Shown here one piece after another: positions 27,030 through 39,670 of a DNA stretch of 64,000 bases (position 1 is the stretch's first letter; each line of letters opens with the position of its first letter). The DNA is taken from assembly GCF_009914755.1 (NCBI RefSeq), contig NC_060932.1; one strand, written 5' to 3'. The notes under the pieces were generated by a model that had not been told where the DNA came from, did not search any database, and was given only the letters and a program-made list of their open reading frames with translations. The position numbers and the translations under genes were made by a program. Source of the DNA: the human T2T-CHM13v2.0 reference genome, Homo sapiens.

Positions 27030-28720
27030 TATTGCATCTGACCATAAGTGCTTAGTGTCTCATGGGAAACACAAATGAGTAGACAGAAAATTGTCACCTA
27101 ATCTGAACTCTGGAGGTTCAGGGGTATTTTCTTAGAGAAAAATAGTTGAATTTGAAATATAAAAGATTAAATTAAACCTGAGGTAGGTGAAAGTGGCATG
27201 GCTCATTGGAGGAAGGGACAGCTGAGGTACAGGTGAAGGATTGGGTGGATGATAGAGCCTGTAGGCAAAGGTTCAGTGGATATGAAGTTCCTAAGAAAAG
27301 ATGAACCAAGGGCAAGGGTCTGTAAGGTAAGAGACAAGGCAACTTGAATCAAGTAATAATTCAGAGTCTTAAAAGTAAAGTTAAAATATTTACACTTCAG
27401 TTTTAAGGGCAATGCAAAATTGTTGAAGGGGACTTTAACATAGGAGTGACAGGATAAGCCTTGTTTTAGGAGGATCACTTTGATGGGGCTGTATGTGTGG
27501 AATATATAGGAAAAAGACAAGACAGGAACAAGAACAGTGAAACAACAATGATGTTGCTAAAGACAGAAGAGTTGGGAAGCAAGATGGCCTAGATTCAAAC
27601 AGGAAGTGGGACTGTCTAACTTTTGATCCTGGAGGGCAGAGGTAAGAGTGAACAAGGGGGAGATAGGCATTTTCAATTCAATACCTTAGGGTCTCCATTT
27701 TCTAAAAAAAAAAAAAAAAATCTATTATAGCACATTAATAGAGTTAAGTGTTAAATAGAGTTAACACATCAGGTAGGAAATTAGAAACTGTGAATTTGTA
27801 GGAGGAGCAGTGTTCAAGGTTCTGGTATGTTTTTTCCAACATTTCACTCAGTAACATAGGTAAATGAGGTGAAAAGGATGACTGCCTTTAATCTAGAATT
27901 ATACTTTGCAGGGATACTGAAGCTTAAGGAATGCTGTAGAATTTGGGAATTGATGGGTGTGTGGTTCCCACAACCAGCTATGACAGGGGCAAACAAATAT
28001 ATGTTGGGTCTGGGAATAAGAGCGAGCAAATCACATGAAGGTGTTTTACACTTTTATGGGGATGAAGGATGATGTAGTTTTGGTTATCTATATTTTAATA
28101 CCCTTTTCATATGTCAAAAAAACGGGCAGGTTATAATCCCTGGAGCCCTGAATACTGCAGTCTAAGCTTGGTAGAGATGTGAGAGCAAGAGATTGCTGAT
28201 GAGGATGTGTGTTGGGTGGACAAGGTTGGAGGTAGAGTTGGTGAAAATGGAGATCACTAAAGATTCCATTAAGTGAGAGCATAAAATTGTTAGAATGAGT
28301 AAGTTGTTTTGGATGAGTTAGGAATTTAGAGGTTGAATATTTTAATCTGATGGCATTTCTAGAAGACAAACCCAGGATCTAGCCATGAAAATGGATGGTT
28401 AAAGTGAGCATGTAGTCTGTGTATCTATGGATGTGCGGGCAAGAAGGGCTGTTCAGTGGGGAGGTTATCAGGGAGGTCAAAAGTTAAGAGCCATGAATGT
28501 GGACTACTGGATGGACAACCTGCATAGAGAGTGTTGTCACAGTGCACAGTGCCTGGGCATTGCGAAAAGTGACAAAAATCCGTAGCTGTGGAGAAGTTAC
28601 CAAGAGAATAGAAGATGATAGCATTAGGGAATGCAGAGTAGTAGTGTTGGGTAGGCAGGCATCTTGAACAGTATTGTGCTTTGAAACTGGCCATTAGGAA
28701 GTGGAAAAATGCCTTTCCTA
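27030..28720 (-). mobile_element. Degraded L2 fragments
   Basis: TTTAACATAGGAGTGACAGGATAAG..TTTTAGGAGGATCACTTTG; purine-rich antisense L2 character continues to ~28700. Confidence 0.55.
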
Positions 28721-29429
28721 ACTTTGGATCCTGGGGTAAATAATTACTTAAAGATGAGTATAAGAGTGTTTAGTATTGCATAAAGTTTCAGAATATTACT
28801 TAGGAAGGTTTGAAAGGGAGGTAAGCAAAAACAGGAAGAAACAAAGAAAGGAAACAATGGGTATGGGAAGGGAAAACAGGATAGGGGACAACTGGAGTGT
28901 TTAAAAGCTTAGGCAGTGACCAAGGATTACAGGGACATAAGGCATGATGTAATTAGGTCACGTGCAATTAAAAAACCAAAACAATACTTGAAGTTAATGA
29001 AACAAAGGGATTAAGAGAATTTTGCCAAAGGGAATGTTCCCCTCAGTTGCTAATGCTTCTGGTAGCATGTGAACACACCAAAGAACCTTGAAAGACTTTT
29101 CTCCAAGCAGAGCAGAGTCTGACATTTCTTTCACATGACTGAAACAAAAAGATGAATTGAATTTAACTGGAACCATAAGGAAGGCATGATGCATTCTACT
29201 ATCAATTAGGAAAGAACTTTTACTAGTATAAGCAAGCAAGAATTCTGATTTCCTCACTTGTTTTTCTGCTTTTTTTTTTTTTTCCTTTGGCTGTGGAGAG
29301 ATCAGAGAGCTATTTAAGAATGTTGGGATTTGGAGAAAGTAAGGGAGTCTTGCAGTTCTGGTCTCAGGCTGAGCTTCATTGTAGTTTCTCACCCTCTGCT
29401 CTTCACGCCTACTCTAAATAAGGACAGTG

Positions 29430-29840
29430 TCAAGAAAATGTGGTACACATATGCCATGGAATACGGTGCAGCCATAAAAAAGGGTGAAGTTATGTCCTTT
29501 GCAGCAATGTGGATGCAGCTGGAGGTCATTATCCTAAGTGAATTATTGCAGAAACAGAAAACCAAATACTACATGTTCTCACTCATAAGAGGGAGCTAAA
29601 CAATGGGTGCACAGCGGCGACATAAAAGTGGTAAAAATAGACACTGGCCACTTCAAAAGGGGAGAGGCAGGAAGAAGTCCAAGGGCTGAAAAACTACCTG
29701 TTGAGTACTGTGTTCACAATCTGAGTGATGGGTTCAATAGAAGCCCAAACTCCAGCATTAGGCAATCATATATACATGAAACAAACCTGCACATGAACCC
29801 ACTGACACTAAAATTTAAATACAAATAAATAAAAATAGAT
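29430..29840 (+). mobile_element. L1PB/L1MA 3' end, 5'-truncated
   Basis: KKMWYTYAMEYGAAIKKGEVMSFAAMWMQLE = ORF2p C-terminus; 3'UTR and A-tail; TAAATAAGGA flanks both sides. Confidence 0.9.
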
Positions 29841-31487
29841 AAATAAGGAGGACAAAGGGAAGGCAGAATGAAGTTTATCACTGAGGAAATTTCAGTCCTA
29901 TTTTCTCTCTCCATTCTCCTTATTAGTAATTCTAAACTAGAAGGATCTATAAATTGACACACAACCTGCTTTTAAAGACTCCTAGAATTGAATAAACAAC
30001 TTGTTTGAGTGAACTTTCATACTTTTGTCCTAAGAAATATCTTAACCATGAAAAGATGGTGATGCTTAAAGGAAAGATAATATTTAAAAAAAATTTTTTA
30101 TTGTTATTACTAATTTTTTGCTGTCCAGCTCCTGGTCCTGGATTCCCACAGCCTTGAGGAGGGCAAGACTGAGAGGCCCACTGCAACCAGTATAAACCCC
30201 CCTTACACAATCGTGTATGCCTGATTGTGTAAGGGGGGTTTATGCCAGAGTTTATGCCTGAGCACACATTACATTGCTACTGGGACAATGCCGTAGGGTA
30301 ATTACCAGTTCCACTTATCCTGATTAACTATCTTGAGAGGTGTAATTTTTGCTAAACTTTGCTTTACTCTGATATTAGGTTTGCAGGAACTGTACATGTA
30401 TATGGGCACACTGGTCAGTATACGTAAAGTATAGGTGCCATGTATCTGGCAAGTCAAAGTTTTATGGCCATTACAAAGCAAAAATATATTTTTCCCTTCT
30501 TTAATATTGTCATTAAGGTAAAACATTGAATACTATTATGTAGAAGGGAAATACTCATCAGAGACAATATTTTTCATTAATCATCTTGTCTAATTTGTAT
30601 TTGCACAACGAGAACATCAATGGCATGTAATTCTGCCTTTCCATGCTGGAAGCTTTTCCCATTAAAGCAGTAATTACAGTGATAGAATTTTAAGAGTTAA
30701 AGTGTGTTTAAAGCTGTAATACAGCATATTTAGATAATTTTTAACATGTCAGTCAGTGTTGAACTATGTATGTCGGTCACCACGTTTTATGTGATGATTC
30801 CTTTATATGTATAGTTCAATAAGCATTTCTTAAACTCTTCAGACTAGAGTGGAATCTCCTTTAATTCTCTAATTTCCTTTGCTGGAATCCATAAGAGACT
30901 ATACAATTAATTCTCCACTGTTACTAAAGTTGTCAGACTAGGCAACTCAACAAGTTCTTAGGAGAGCATATTTCAGTGTATAACAGCCTCTATTTAAAAG
31001 AGCTTTCCCTTTCTTTAGTCAGCATCTTTATAAAACTGAATCTATGTTTTGTTGCTTGTTTCACTACGAACATTATGATTAACAAGACAGACAAATAAAA
31101 ACAATCTCTTTCTTTCAGGGCCTAAATATAAGTGGTATTAACTTTATCTCATTAAATTCTTTGTAGTGATTCTCTGTAGGTTTGAGATTGCTTTCTCAGA
31201 AGAAGCTTAAATATATATTATATATATATATGTATATAAGCTGAAATATATAGTATATATAAGCTGACATATGTATATATGTATATAACAATTTAAGTAA
31301 AACAAATCAAATGGAATTGTACACATGGACAAAAACTCAAGTATAAGTCTAATTTATTTCTCTTCAACAAATAGTGGGTCCCACCACTTCTCAGCAAGCT
31401 CTATTCATTGTTAAGGGTCTCATTGTTAACAGAAGTAACAGAGTTACTTCTCAGTAAGCTCTATTCATTGTTAAAAGTCAAGTATGT

Positions 31488-31883
31488 TAATATGCTTTGG
31501 CTCTGTGTGCCCATTCAAATCTCATGTTAAATTGTAATTTCCAGTGTTGGAGGTGGGGCCTGGTGGGAGGCGAATGAGTCATGATGGTGGTTTCTAATGG
31601 TTTAGCACCATTTCCCTAGTGCTGTCTCCTGATAGATTTCTCATGATATCTGATTGTTTAAAACTGTATGGCATGTGCCCCTTCACCTTCTCTCTCTTGC
31701 TCTGCCAAGTGAAGATGTGCTTGCTTCCCCTTCAGCTTCTGCCATGATTGTAAGTTTCCTGAGGCCCCCGCAGCCATACCTCCTATACAGCCTGCAGAAC
31801 TGTGAGTCAGTTAAACCTCTTTTTTTCATAAACTACCCAGTCTCACATAGTTCTTTATAGCAGTATGAGAACGAACTAATACA
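31488..31883 (+). mobile_element. MSTA/THE1D-type MaLR solo LTR
   Basis: ..TATGCTTTGGCTCTGTGTGCCCATTCAAATCTCATG..AAACTACCCAGTCTCA..GAACTAATACA; near-TSD TATGT/TGTGT. Confidence 0.9.
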
Positions 31884-32399
31884 TGTGTAGATAATATTTT
31901 AGGCAGATTTGCAATAATAATAAACCTAAACCAATCTGGCATTCTACCGGCAGAACAATCAGGCAGTAACTAGAGCCTATCATGATTTTGCTATTTTCTC
32001 TCCAAACTAGCTACTAGGGGACCAGAGAGCTCTATACACCAGGTGGCTGGAGAAAGCCAGAAAGAGAAAAAAATTGAGGGGCAGTTAACTTATTCTATCC
32101 TTCACCATCTTTTCTACCTAACTTTTCTCTCCACCACTTGCAACCAGTTTACCCCACAATTCAGTAGTCTGAAAACAGCAGTCAGCAAAACATTAATTAT
32201 TTGTTTGGTCTATTATAACTCAAAATTATTCTATCTTTATGTAAATATACTTTTATTTGTGGGCTTTTTATTTCACAATTTGGAAAACAAATGTGGACAT
32301 TGTCATTGCAAATTCATTTTTAACATTTCTCAATGGAAGAAGATATGTGAGGAGAATCAATATGTAAGTTCAAATATTCAACTGAATGGATTATAAACT

Positions 32400-32625
32400 G
32401 TCTAGGCAGTCGACAATGAATTGCTCCCACGGATTAGCCATTTGTCATTAGGCAAGTTACATAAACTTTTTGTGCTTGAATTTCTTCATCGATAAAATGA
32501 GGATAATAATATTTCATAGAGTTGTTTTGAGGAATGTTATGTAGTTTTAAAATGTTAATTCATTAACTTAAATCAATAATTGGTTTGCAGAAAGAGCTCA
32601 ATTAGCATTAGCTGTTATTATTATA
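32400..32625 (+). mobile_element. MIR
   Basis: GGCAAGTTACATAAACTTTTTGTGCTTGAATTTCTTCATCGATAAAATGAGGATAATAAT. Confidence 0.8.
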
Positions 32626-35600
32626 ATCTAGTCCTTCAAAATCTAAAATCTTTCTACTAAGGATAGTTAAAGATAATTTATATCCTTAAATTATCTATGA
32701 TTTTATGGTAGAATCATTTAAATAGGTTCAGCCTTTCTCAGTTAATAAAATATTTTCTCATTTGAAACCTCATCTTGTTATCTTAATTTTTCCTTTCGGT
32801 TTTTCCTAAAAAAATTTGGCTTTTTTATATAAAAAATGTTCCCTTTTGGTGGTAGGTTTATCCACATGATTGCCATTTTGAATTCACAGTGGTTGGGTTG
32901 ATAGCTAGTGCTATACTTTTGCTGTTTAGACTTTCTCTATTTATGTCCAACCCAATCAAAGATTTTTGAATTCTTTATAGTAATAAAACTATCTATATTT
33001 GGGTCTATATTTTCAATACAACCCCAAAATAAATCAGTTTTAACTGGACCAGCTCATTGACATAATAAACTGACCTTTCACTGAAGAAATCTAAGATCCC
33101 AAATGAAATAGTTTATTAGAGGAAAAAATAACATTTCTCAGCGGAAGAAATAATAAGAACCTTGTTTCTTCCAATCAATCCCCTTCTTACTGTTGCCTAT
33201 CCTAACTCTAGTATTCCACTTCTGCTTCCTCCAAGCGTATATAAACAAACTACACACACAGAATTTGGTGTGATTGACAGTTTCCATTCACAATACCAGT
33301 CAAGTCATGTTTAAGATGAATTGGATTATGTGAAAAGATAAGTTTTCTATTCATCTACCTATATGCTGTCAGTCATCTCTCATAAATTCCAGTGACTTCT
33401 GCTGCCAAAGGCAAGAAAAGAATAACATATATACTCCTTGCAGATAAGCTGACCATGGTAATTTCTTAAGAATTATGAATGGAATTGAGAAAGGACAACC
33501 TTCATCACCTTTACAGCCATTTAATAATCTCTAACTCTGATTAGAATCTTCCTATGTATGTTGGATGTTCTGCCCAATGTCTTCCTCTGTAGTTATTAAT
33601 TAATTTATTTATTATATTTTATTTTGCTATTCCCTTTGAAATTGAAAATGTGTAACAACGTGATGTATTTGGCCTGCTCTGGTTAAAGTTAAATACCGCC
33701 TTTTTAATTTTCACTTTCAAAGAAGATATGTGACAAATGACATAGTAATTTTCCTATTTCTTCATGTTCATAAAACATTGATAATATGATTTTTACCTTC
33801 CCTTTGTTCTCAATTAAATGAAATGCTCCAATACAATTAACGTGCTCCTGCAATTTAGGTTTTCTTTAGAGGTTTCTCTTGTCTCTGATTAACAGCATTT
33901 TCCATCCATTCTGAGAACCCCCGACCGCTATTCAGAATGTTCCATTATGCCTGCCAGCTATAAATACAATTGTGAACCAATATAATTTTAATTGTTTCAC
34001 TAATAACTTGTTTTAAATGATTCAACAGTCATCAGGAAAGATAAGTGCTCTTGAACCCTGCAGGCTTATGGGCATGATGGTATGAGGCAATGTGGAGTGC
34101 TGTATCAGAATAATGAAACCGTATGCAGAAGATAATGACAAAGCACTCACATTGCTGTAAAGATAAATGAAAACAGTAGATCTTCTTTTCTCAGTAATAT
34201 AACATCCATTTCTAGCTCCCATTTCAATCATTAGACCTTCCAAACAGATTAATGTACAAATACACATATGCAACATGTCCCATCGTAAGAGCCATATGCT
34301 CCCATTTTTCCAGACAGACTGTGAATGATGGAATTAACGAGCTTTACAAATGCTCCTGTTAATTAACAAAAATTGTTACTTTCTCATTTGAGGGGGGGGT
34401 TATAAATTAGACTTAATTACAGCAAATAATTGCAACTGCCAGGCACTGAACAACTCCTCATTCGGTTCTTTCAGTGGCAAATCAACAATTGCAACCCTTG
34501 CCTATTTGTGTAGATGAATTTAATAACCAAACAGCCCTTTTATGTTAATGGTTTACAGGCATTCATGGGCCTGGCAGGAGAAATGTGCTGGGGGAGGGTT
34601 TCCTAATGGCAGCACATAATCACATTAATTAAAATATAACTGCCATTTAAAGATTTGTAGTGTGGAATTAGAGCATGTTGGGAACTGAGAAAATCAAGCT
34701 AGAGTGCATATTAGCACCATTACTCTGTGTTCCCTGCACAGCAGTCAGCAACCTCATGTGTCATAAATGTAATTTATGAGTGCTATTTGCTTCGAAATAT
34801 ATGTTTTTAGTTCACTCATTAGAATGTAAAAATTTGCAGTGTCTGCTTCAGGAGGTTCAAAATAAATTCACTAAAAGCTGAGACTCATGATGTGTTTTTA
34901 ACAAATTCCTCAACAATGATTTTTTTTTTAATTGTGACTTTTGTTATTTCTTAAGATAAAAGCAACTGTCTTCCTTTCTGAAGACAAATTTAAGTCTCAA
35001 TGCTACAATAAATTGTGCACGTTTAGTCATGCTTATATAATTCAGTCTAATTTTTATTGAGTCTTTAATAAACAGAGTCCTCAATTTTGTCTCTTTGTTC
35101 CTAAGAAGGTTGGTGGAAACTGCTAAACGCTTTAAAGTTCGGCACATGCAGAGAAGACAGTTGAGAAAATGTCTTGTAAAGCTTTTCATTAGTCTGTCTC
35201 TGCGATCCCCTCATTAGTTTTAAAGCTATCCTTGATCTAAATCAGTCCCATTTATATTTCACCTACAAAGAGGCTATGAATGTGCCCTGGATAAATTACC
35301 AAGGGACTATAGCAATACCTAGGGAAACTATGCTTAATTGATTCTTAATAATGTCAAAAGGATTCTAGTTCCAGGAATCAGCTGAGTGTAACCAAATTGC
35401 ACCTTACTAAAACCTCACACCTTTAACAGTGTAAGAATTTACAATAAATTTTTATTTTTCTTTGTTTGAACAACCCATACAGTTCTCCAATTCTAGAACT
35501 ACAATCTTAACCTTCTAAATAGATGGAATTAACTGAAATACAGTGTGCATGATTCTTCAAGACAATGTGTTGCTGTATTTGTAAACTGCTTAGACAGCTT

Positions 35601-36254
35601 TCGAACACACCAGTAATTCGAGTATGTTATAACTAAAGAGAGGATTGCTTCTGTCAGCCCCAGAAAACTGACATCCCAGCTTCACTAATGAAGGATCTAT
35701 TTATGTGGAGTCCAGGGCTATAGCTGATATTGTTTCTCAGGCTAAACCTTGTGCCACTGAGGAAGCAGTTCATCTTGGAGCCAAGGATGACTCCTCCTGA
35801 GTCTTCAGCCCTTCAAGGTTTCAATAGGCTTGTTAGGTATAAAGGTAGAATGCAGGAGCATTCCGGCAGTTTTCATGTAGAATAAAATAAGGCATTAAAA
35901 TGCGTTAATGCAATTATATAGTCCCAATGTTTAGGATTTTCTTTCTACTTAGGGTGCTGTGTTACAATTTTCTACCCATATGTTCTTACTTAGTCCCTTT
36001 CACTAGTGGCATGTCATTTTAGGATAGATAGTTGGGTATGGGGAGCTGTTTCTGCCTACAGAACAGAATTTTAATTATGTCTTGCTTTTACTTTATGTGT
36101 AGATTTTGTTTTGATTCACATCTGTGGCCTCTAGGAAAATTTGAAATATTGAAATATTATTTCTAGTGTGTAGGGTAATTAGTGCAGCAACTATAGACTT
36201 TTGGGGACTTTTTAGCCTCGGTCCAAGAATGAGCCAATACAACCATTTAACTAT

Positions 36255-36335
36255 GTAATTAGGAAATTGAGACTCACTCCAAATAGTTAAGTGATTGGTC
36301 CAAGGTCACATAAAGGTGATTGCAAAGACATAATC
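36255..36335 (-). mobile_element. MIR fragment
   Basis: AGGAAATTGAGACTC..GTTAAGTGATTGGTCCAAGGTCACA. Confidence 0.65.
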
Positions 36336-36479
36336 AACCTGGAGGAAGTACCTGTATCTTTTCTCCCCCAATTTTCAGTAAGTGTTTTCTATGTTCTACT
36401 AGGAAAACTGAGAATATCTCTATTTTTGTTGTTGTTATTGTTTGGTTTTTAAAACTGTCATTTTGTTTTAATATAGTTT

Positions 36480-37150
36480 AATAAACATTTATTTTATGCC
36501 CTTGACTAGACACTGAAGGATAGTACTTGGAAAACATATGGACTTGCACTTAAGTTTTCTAGTTTGCTAGGATAGAAAAAAAGACACAAACATTGGTATA
36601 TTAAATCTCACTTGGCAAATGCTTCGATAGAGATGTGTGCTGGGTGTATTAGAAATATAGAGAGGGCTTTAAGCATCTAAGGATAAAGGAAGAACATGTT
36701 TAGAGGAAAGGATTATGAAACAGTATATTGTGTGCTGTAAAATATATATGTCTTTATACTACCAGAGACTCCAGTGGGGAGCAAATGTGTGACAGGAGGT
36801 GAGGCATAGGCGCTAAGCCCCATGCCATATATGGGGCATTGGATCAGATAATGAAGGGCCATTGGCCAATTATCCACATGAAGGTGACGTGATCAGATTT
36901 TTATGTTAGATTGATCATTATGTGATAATTTAAAGGACAAATAAATGGTACAAAATTTGAGGCAGAGAAACAAGTCAGGAAGCTGTTGATAGGACAGCAA
37001 TAGTAAGAATAGAGTGGAAAAAACACATATTGAAAAGATTTGGAAAGAAAAGTTTCAGGACTTGAATACATTTTTATATGTAAGATGAGGAATGAGGAGA
37101 GAATAATCTCATGTTTTCTAGGCTTCTGATGTATAGGCTAGCTTTATGAC
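36480..37150 (-). mobile_element. L2 fragment
   Basis: ACATTTATT..CTAGACACTGAAGGATA..; GATCAGATTTTTATGTTAG..TGAGGCAGAGAAACAAGTCAGGAAGCTGTT. Confidence 0.65.
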
Positions 37151-37239
37151 GTTTTCACCTGATCGACTGCCTTACCTGCTTTGGCATTTGCTTTACTTTC
37201 AAAATGCAAGAACTTCGGTTTGATTTAGTAATTTGAGGG

Positions 37240-37510
37240 CAGTATAAAATAAGTTAAAACAAGCAACTTTGGAGTAAAAGAAACCTGAATCAAGGCCCTC
37301 ACTCTGTCATTTTACTTAATAACTGTGCTACTACTTTAGTTACTGGCTATGTTACTTTGGGCAAGATATTAACCTATCTTAGACCCAGTTTTGGAATCTG
37401 CAAAATTGTGTTTCTTTGTTAAGACAATGCTATCAATGAGCTGATTTTGTAAGCTGCTTAGTGTGGTGCCTGCAACCTAAGTGATTAAAATGTGGTGTCT
37501 ATTATTGTTG
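37240..37510 (+). mobile_element. MIR
   Basis: ACTTTGGAGT..ACCTGAATCAA..TACTGGCTATGTTACTTTGGGCAAGATATTAACCT..TCTGCAAAAT. Confidence 0.75.
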
Positions 37511-37651
37511 CTGCTCACTAAGAAGTGAGGTTAAGGGAAACTTCAGATGCAATTGAAGGTGTCAATATAAGCATCTTCTCTCTTGGGATCATGACTGACA
37601 CTTCTTTTGTCTCCCTAAGCAAAGAGCATTGTGTTGATATAGATCAGGTTC

Positions 37652-37737
37652 TTTTTTTGTTTGTTTTTTTAAGACGGGGTTTCACTGTGTTGGCCAGGAT
37701 GGTCTCAATCTCCTGACCTCGTGATCCGCCTGCCTCT
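37652..37737 (-). mobile_element. Short Alu left-arm fragment with its own A-tail, within an L2 3' end
   Basis: AGACGGGGTTTCACTGTGTTGGCCAGGATGGTCTCAATCTCCTGACCTCGTGATCCGCCTGCCTC preceded by a T-rich tract. Confidence 0.9.
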
Positions 37738-38919
37738 TAAGAAATATTTGTCTAATATTTGCAAAAATGAATGAATGTCCCTATCCAACCTCCTGCAGAA
37801 AAAGAGGATTCTGACTTACTGTTACAGTCATGTATTTAAACTGAAAGAAAATGTTACTTGCAGTACTGCATGCTCTGCTAAATGTTAAACGACAAGCAGA
37901 GCTTCCAATAATGAAATTGGGGAATGCCATCACTCCACAGGTACGAAAGCCAGTTCATTGCAATTCAGCACTATAGCACAGGGACTGGGCTGCTTAATTT
38001 AGTGCTATCATCATTGTTTTTATAAGAAAAGAGACTTAAAATTGGAAATAGCCACTTACCACTTTTCCTGGAGTGCCCTTGTTCCAGGAATGGGTAAGTG
38101 GTTTCTTTGGACCCTCACTGACATCTAGGTTACACGTACCAACTTTCTACATTACAGAAACCTCGTAACAGATTACAGCTGTCATACTGGTAAAAGTGAG
38201 GATAATTTTCCATTTCTGAGTGTAAAGGTGAGGCTGAGTCACTATAAAATTTACCCTCCATTTAGAAAAATTTTTCAAAGTAAAAATAGAAATCTTCTGG
38301 AGATCTTATTTTGGCCTTAGTTCTACCCTTCACATTATTCCAAAGTGTTTTCAAATGGTTGTGCAAGCAGTCAATAAAGTTTTTAAAATGAATAGCTGTG
38401 TATTAATTGGGTAGCCCCACTGCACATAACATAATAATATGGTAGGAGCACTATATACAGCCTATTAGATGCCACAACACTAGTCACCTAATGCGCACAC
38501 AACAAAGCATCAACTGAAAAAAGGCAATGATTGAGAAACTTTTCAGAATGCTTAGGGAAGATTCAAGTATAAAGTGACTTATAGTTGTAAGCTGTCTAGT
38601 TTTTTACCAAACAGACTTAACCTCAAGGTCTTCATTTCATGTCTTAAATGACACTCTCAAAATACAGAATACCATATGGCAGCAGATTTCACTGCCATAG
38701 CTAAAAAAGTGCCTACCTCACTAACTCTGACAGCACCAAGTTATGGCTCCTTTATAAACTTGGCGGTGCTTCTAGAATTCTCATTCAACTAGAAATAAAA
38801 TGATCTCAGTGAACACTTGACCCAAGATCAAGTGTCAAGAGGTGAAAACTAATGTCTAGGGAAGTTCCTGTGTTTAAGATTTCCCTTCTGCTGCTCACTC
38901 GCAAACACATGTATGTACC

Positions 38920-39140
38920 ATTTGGCATTCCGTGTATTATGATTGCATGTTACTTTGTCAGTTCTCCTTTATTGAAATAATTTAGGATGTATATTTGTGT
39001 GTCAATGTTCTATCTATCTATATATATATGTGTCTGTCTACCTGTGATATTTTGTCATTTTTTAAGCATTAGAACACTGAAAGAGTACCTGACACATAGT
39101 AGGAAATCTATAAATAATACCATGTGTTTAATGGAAGGAA
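38920..39140 (+). mobile_element. L2 3' end fragment
   Basis: AGAGTACCTGACACATAGTAGGAAATCTATAAATA. Confidence 0.6.
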
Positions 39141-39549
39141 TTCATTTATATACTTAAGTGTTTTAAGATATGGTTTGTCAGAATAAAATATGTAGGTATC
39201 TTGTAGGAAAATTACCATATCTTATGAGCAATAAAGCCACTGAAGAACTTCCATTTTAAGATTATGGACTGAGTCCATGCTTCCAGCTTTCTACTCCTCT
39301 AGATCCCTGGAAATGATTGATCTGATGAGATACTTTATAAACCACAGCTGTGCAGAAAAACAAGCAGTGTGCCTCTTAACCAAAAACTCATATGAAAAAT
39401 CCCACTAGATATATAGAAGACAAGATCAGATTGAAACTTTTGACAAATGTAACAAAATATTATAATATTAAAATTAGTTTATTTCTGTCTCAGTTTCAGC
39501 TAAGGACCCAAAAGAAGAGAATAAGATATTTGTTAAGAATACTTACCTC

Positions 39550-39670
39550 ATTATTTGGGTGATGGTTACACTACAAGTCCAGATTTCAACACTACACAAT
39601 ATATCCAGGTAACAAAATTCCAATTGCACCCCTTAAATATGTAGAAATAATTTATAAAATAGCTTAAAAA
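39550..39670 (+). mobile_element. Very short 5'-truncated L1MA 3' end
   Basis: ATTATTTGGGTGATGGTTACACTACAAGTCCAGATTTCAACACTACACAATATATCC; TSD AATACTTACCTC on both sides. Confidence 0.85.
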
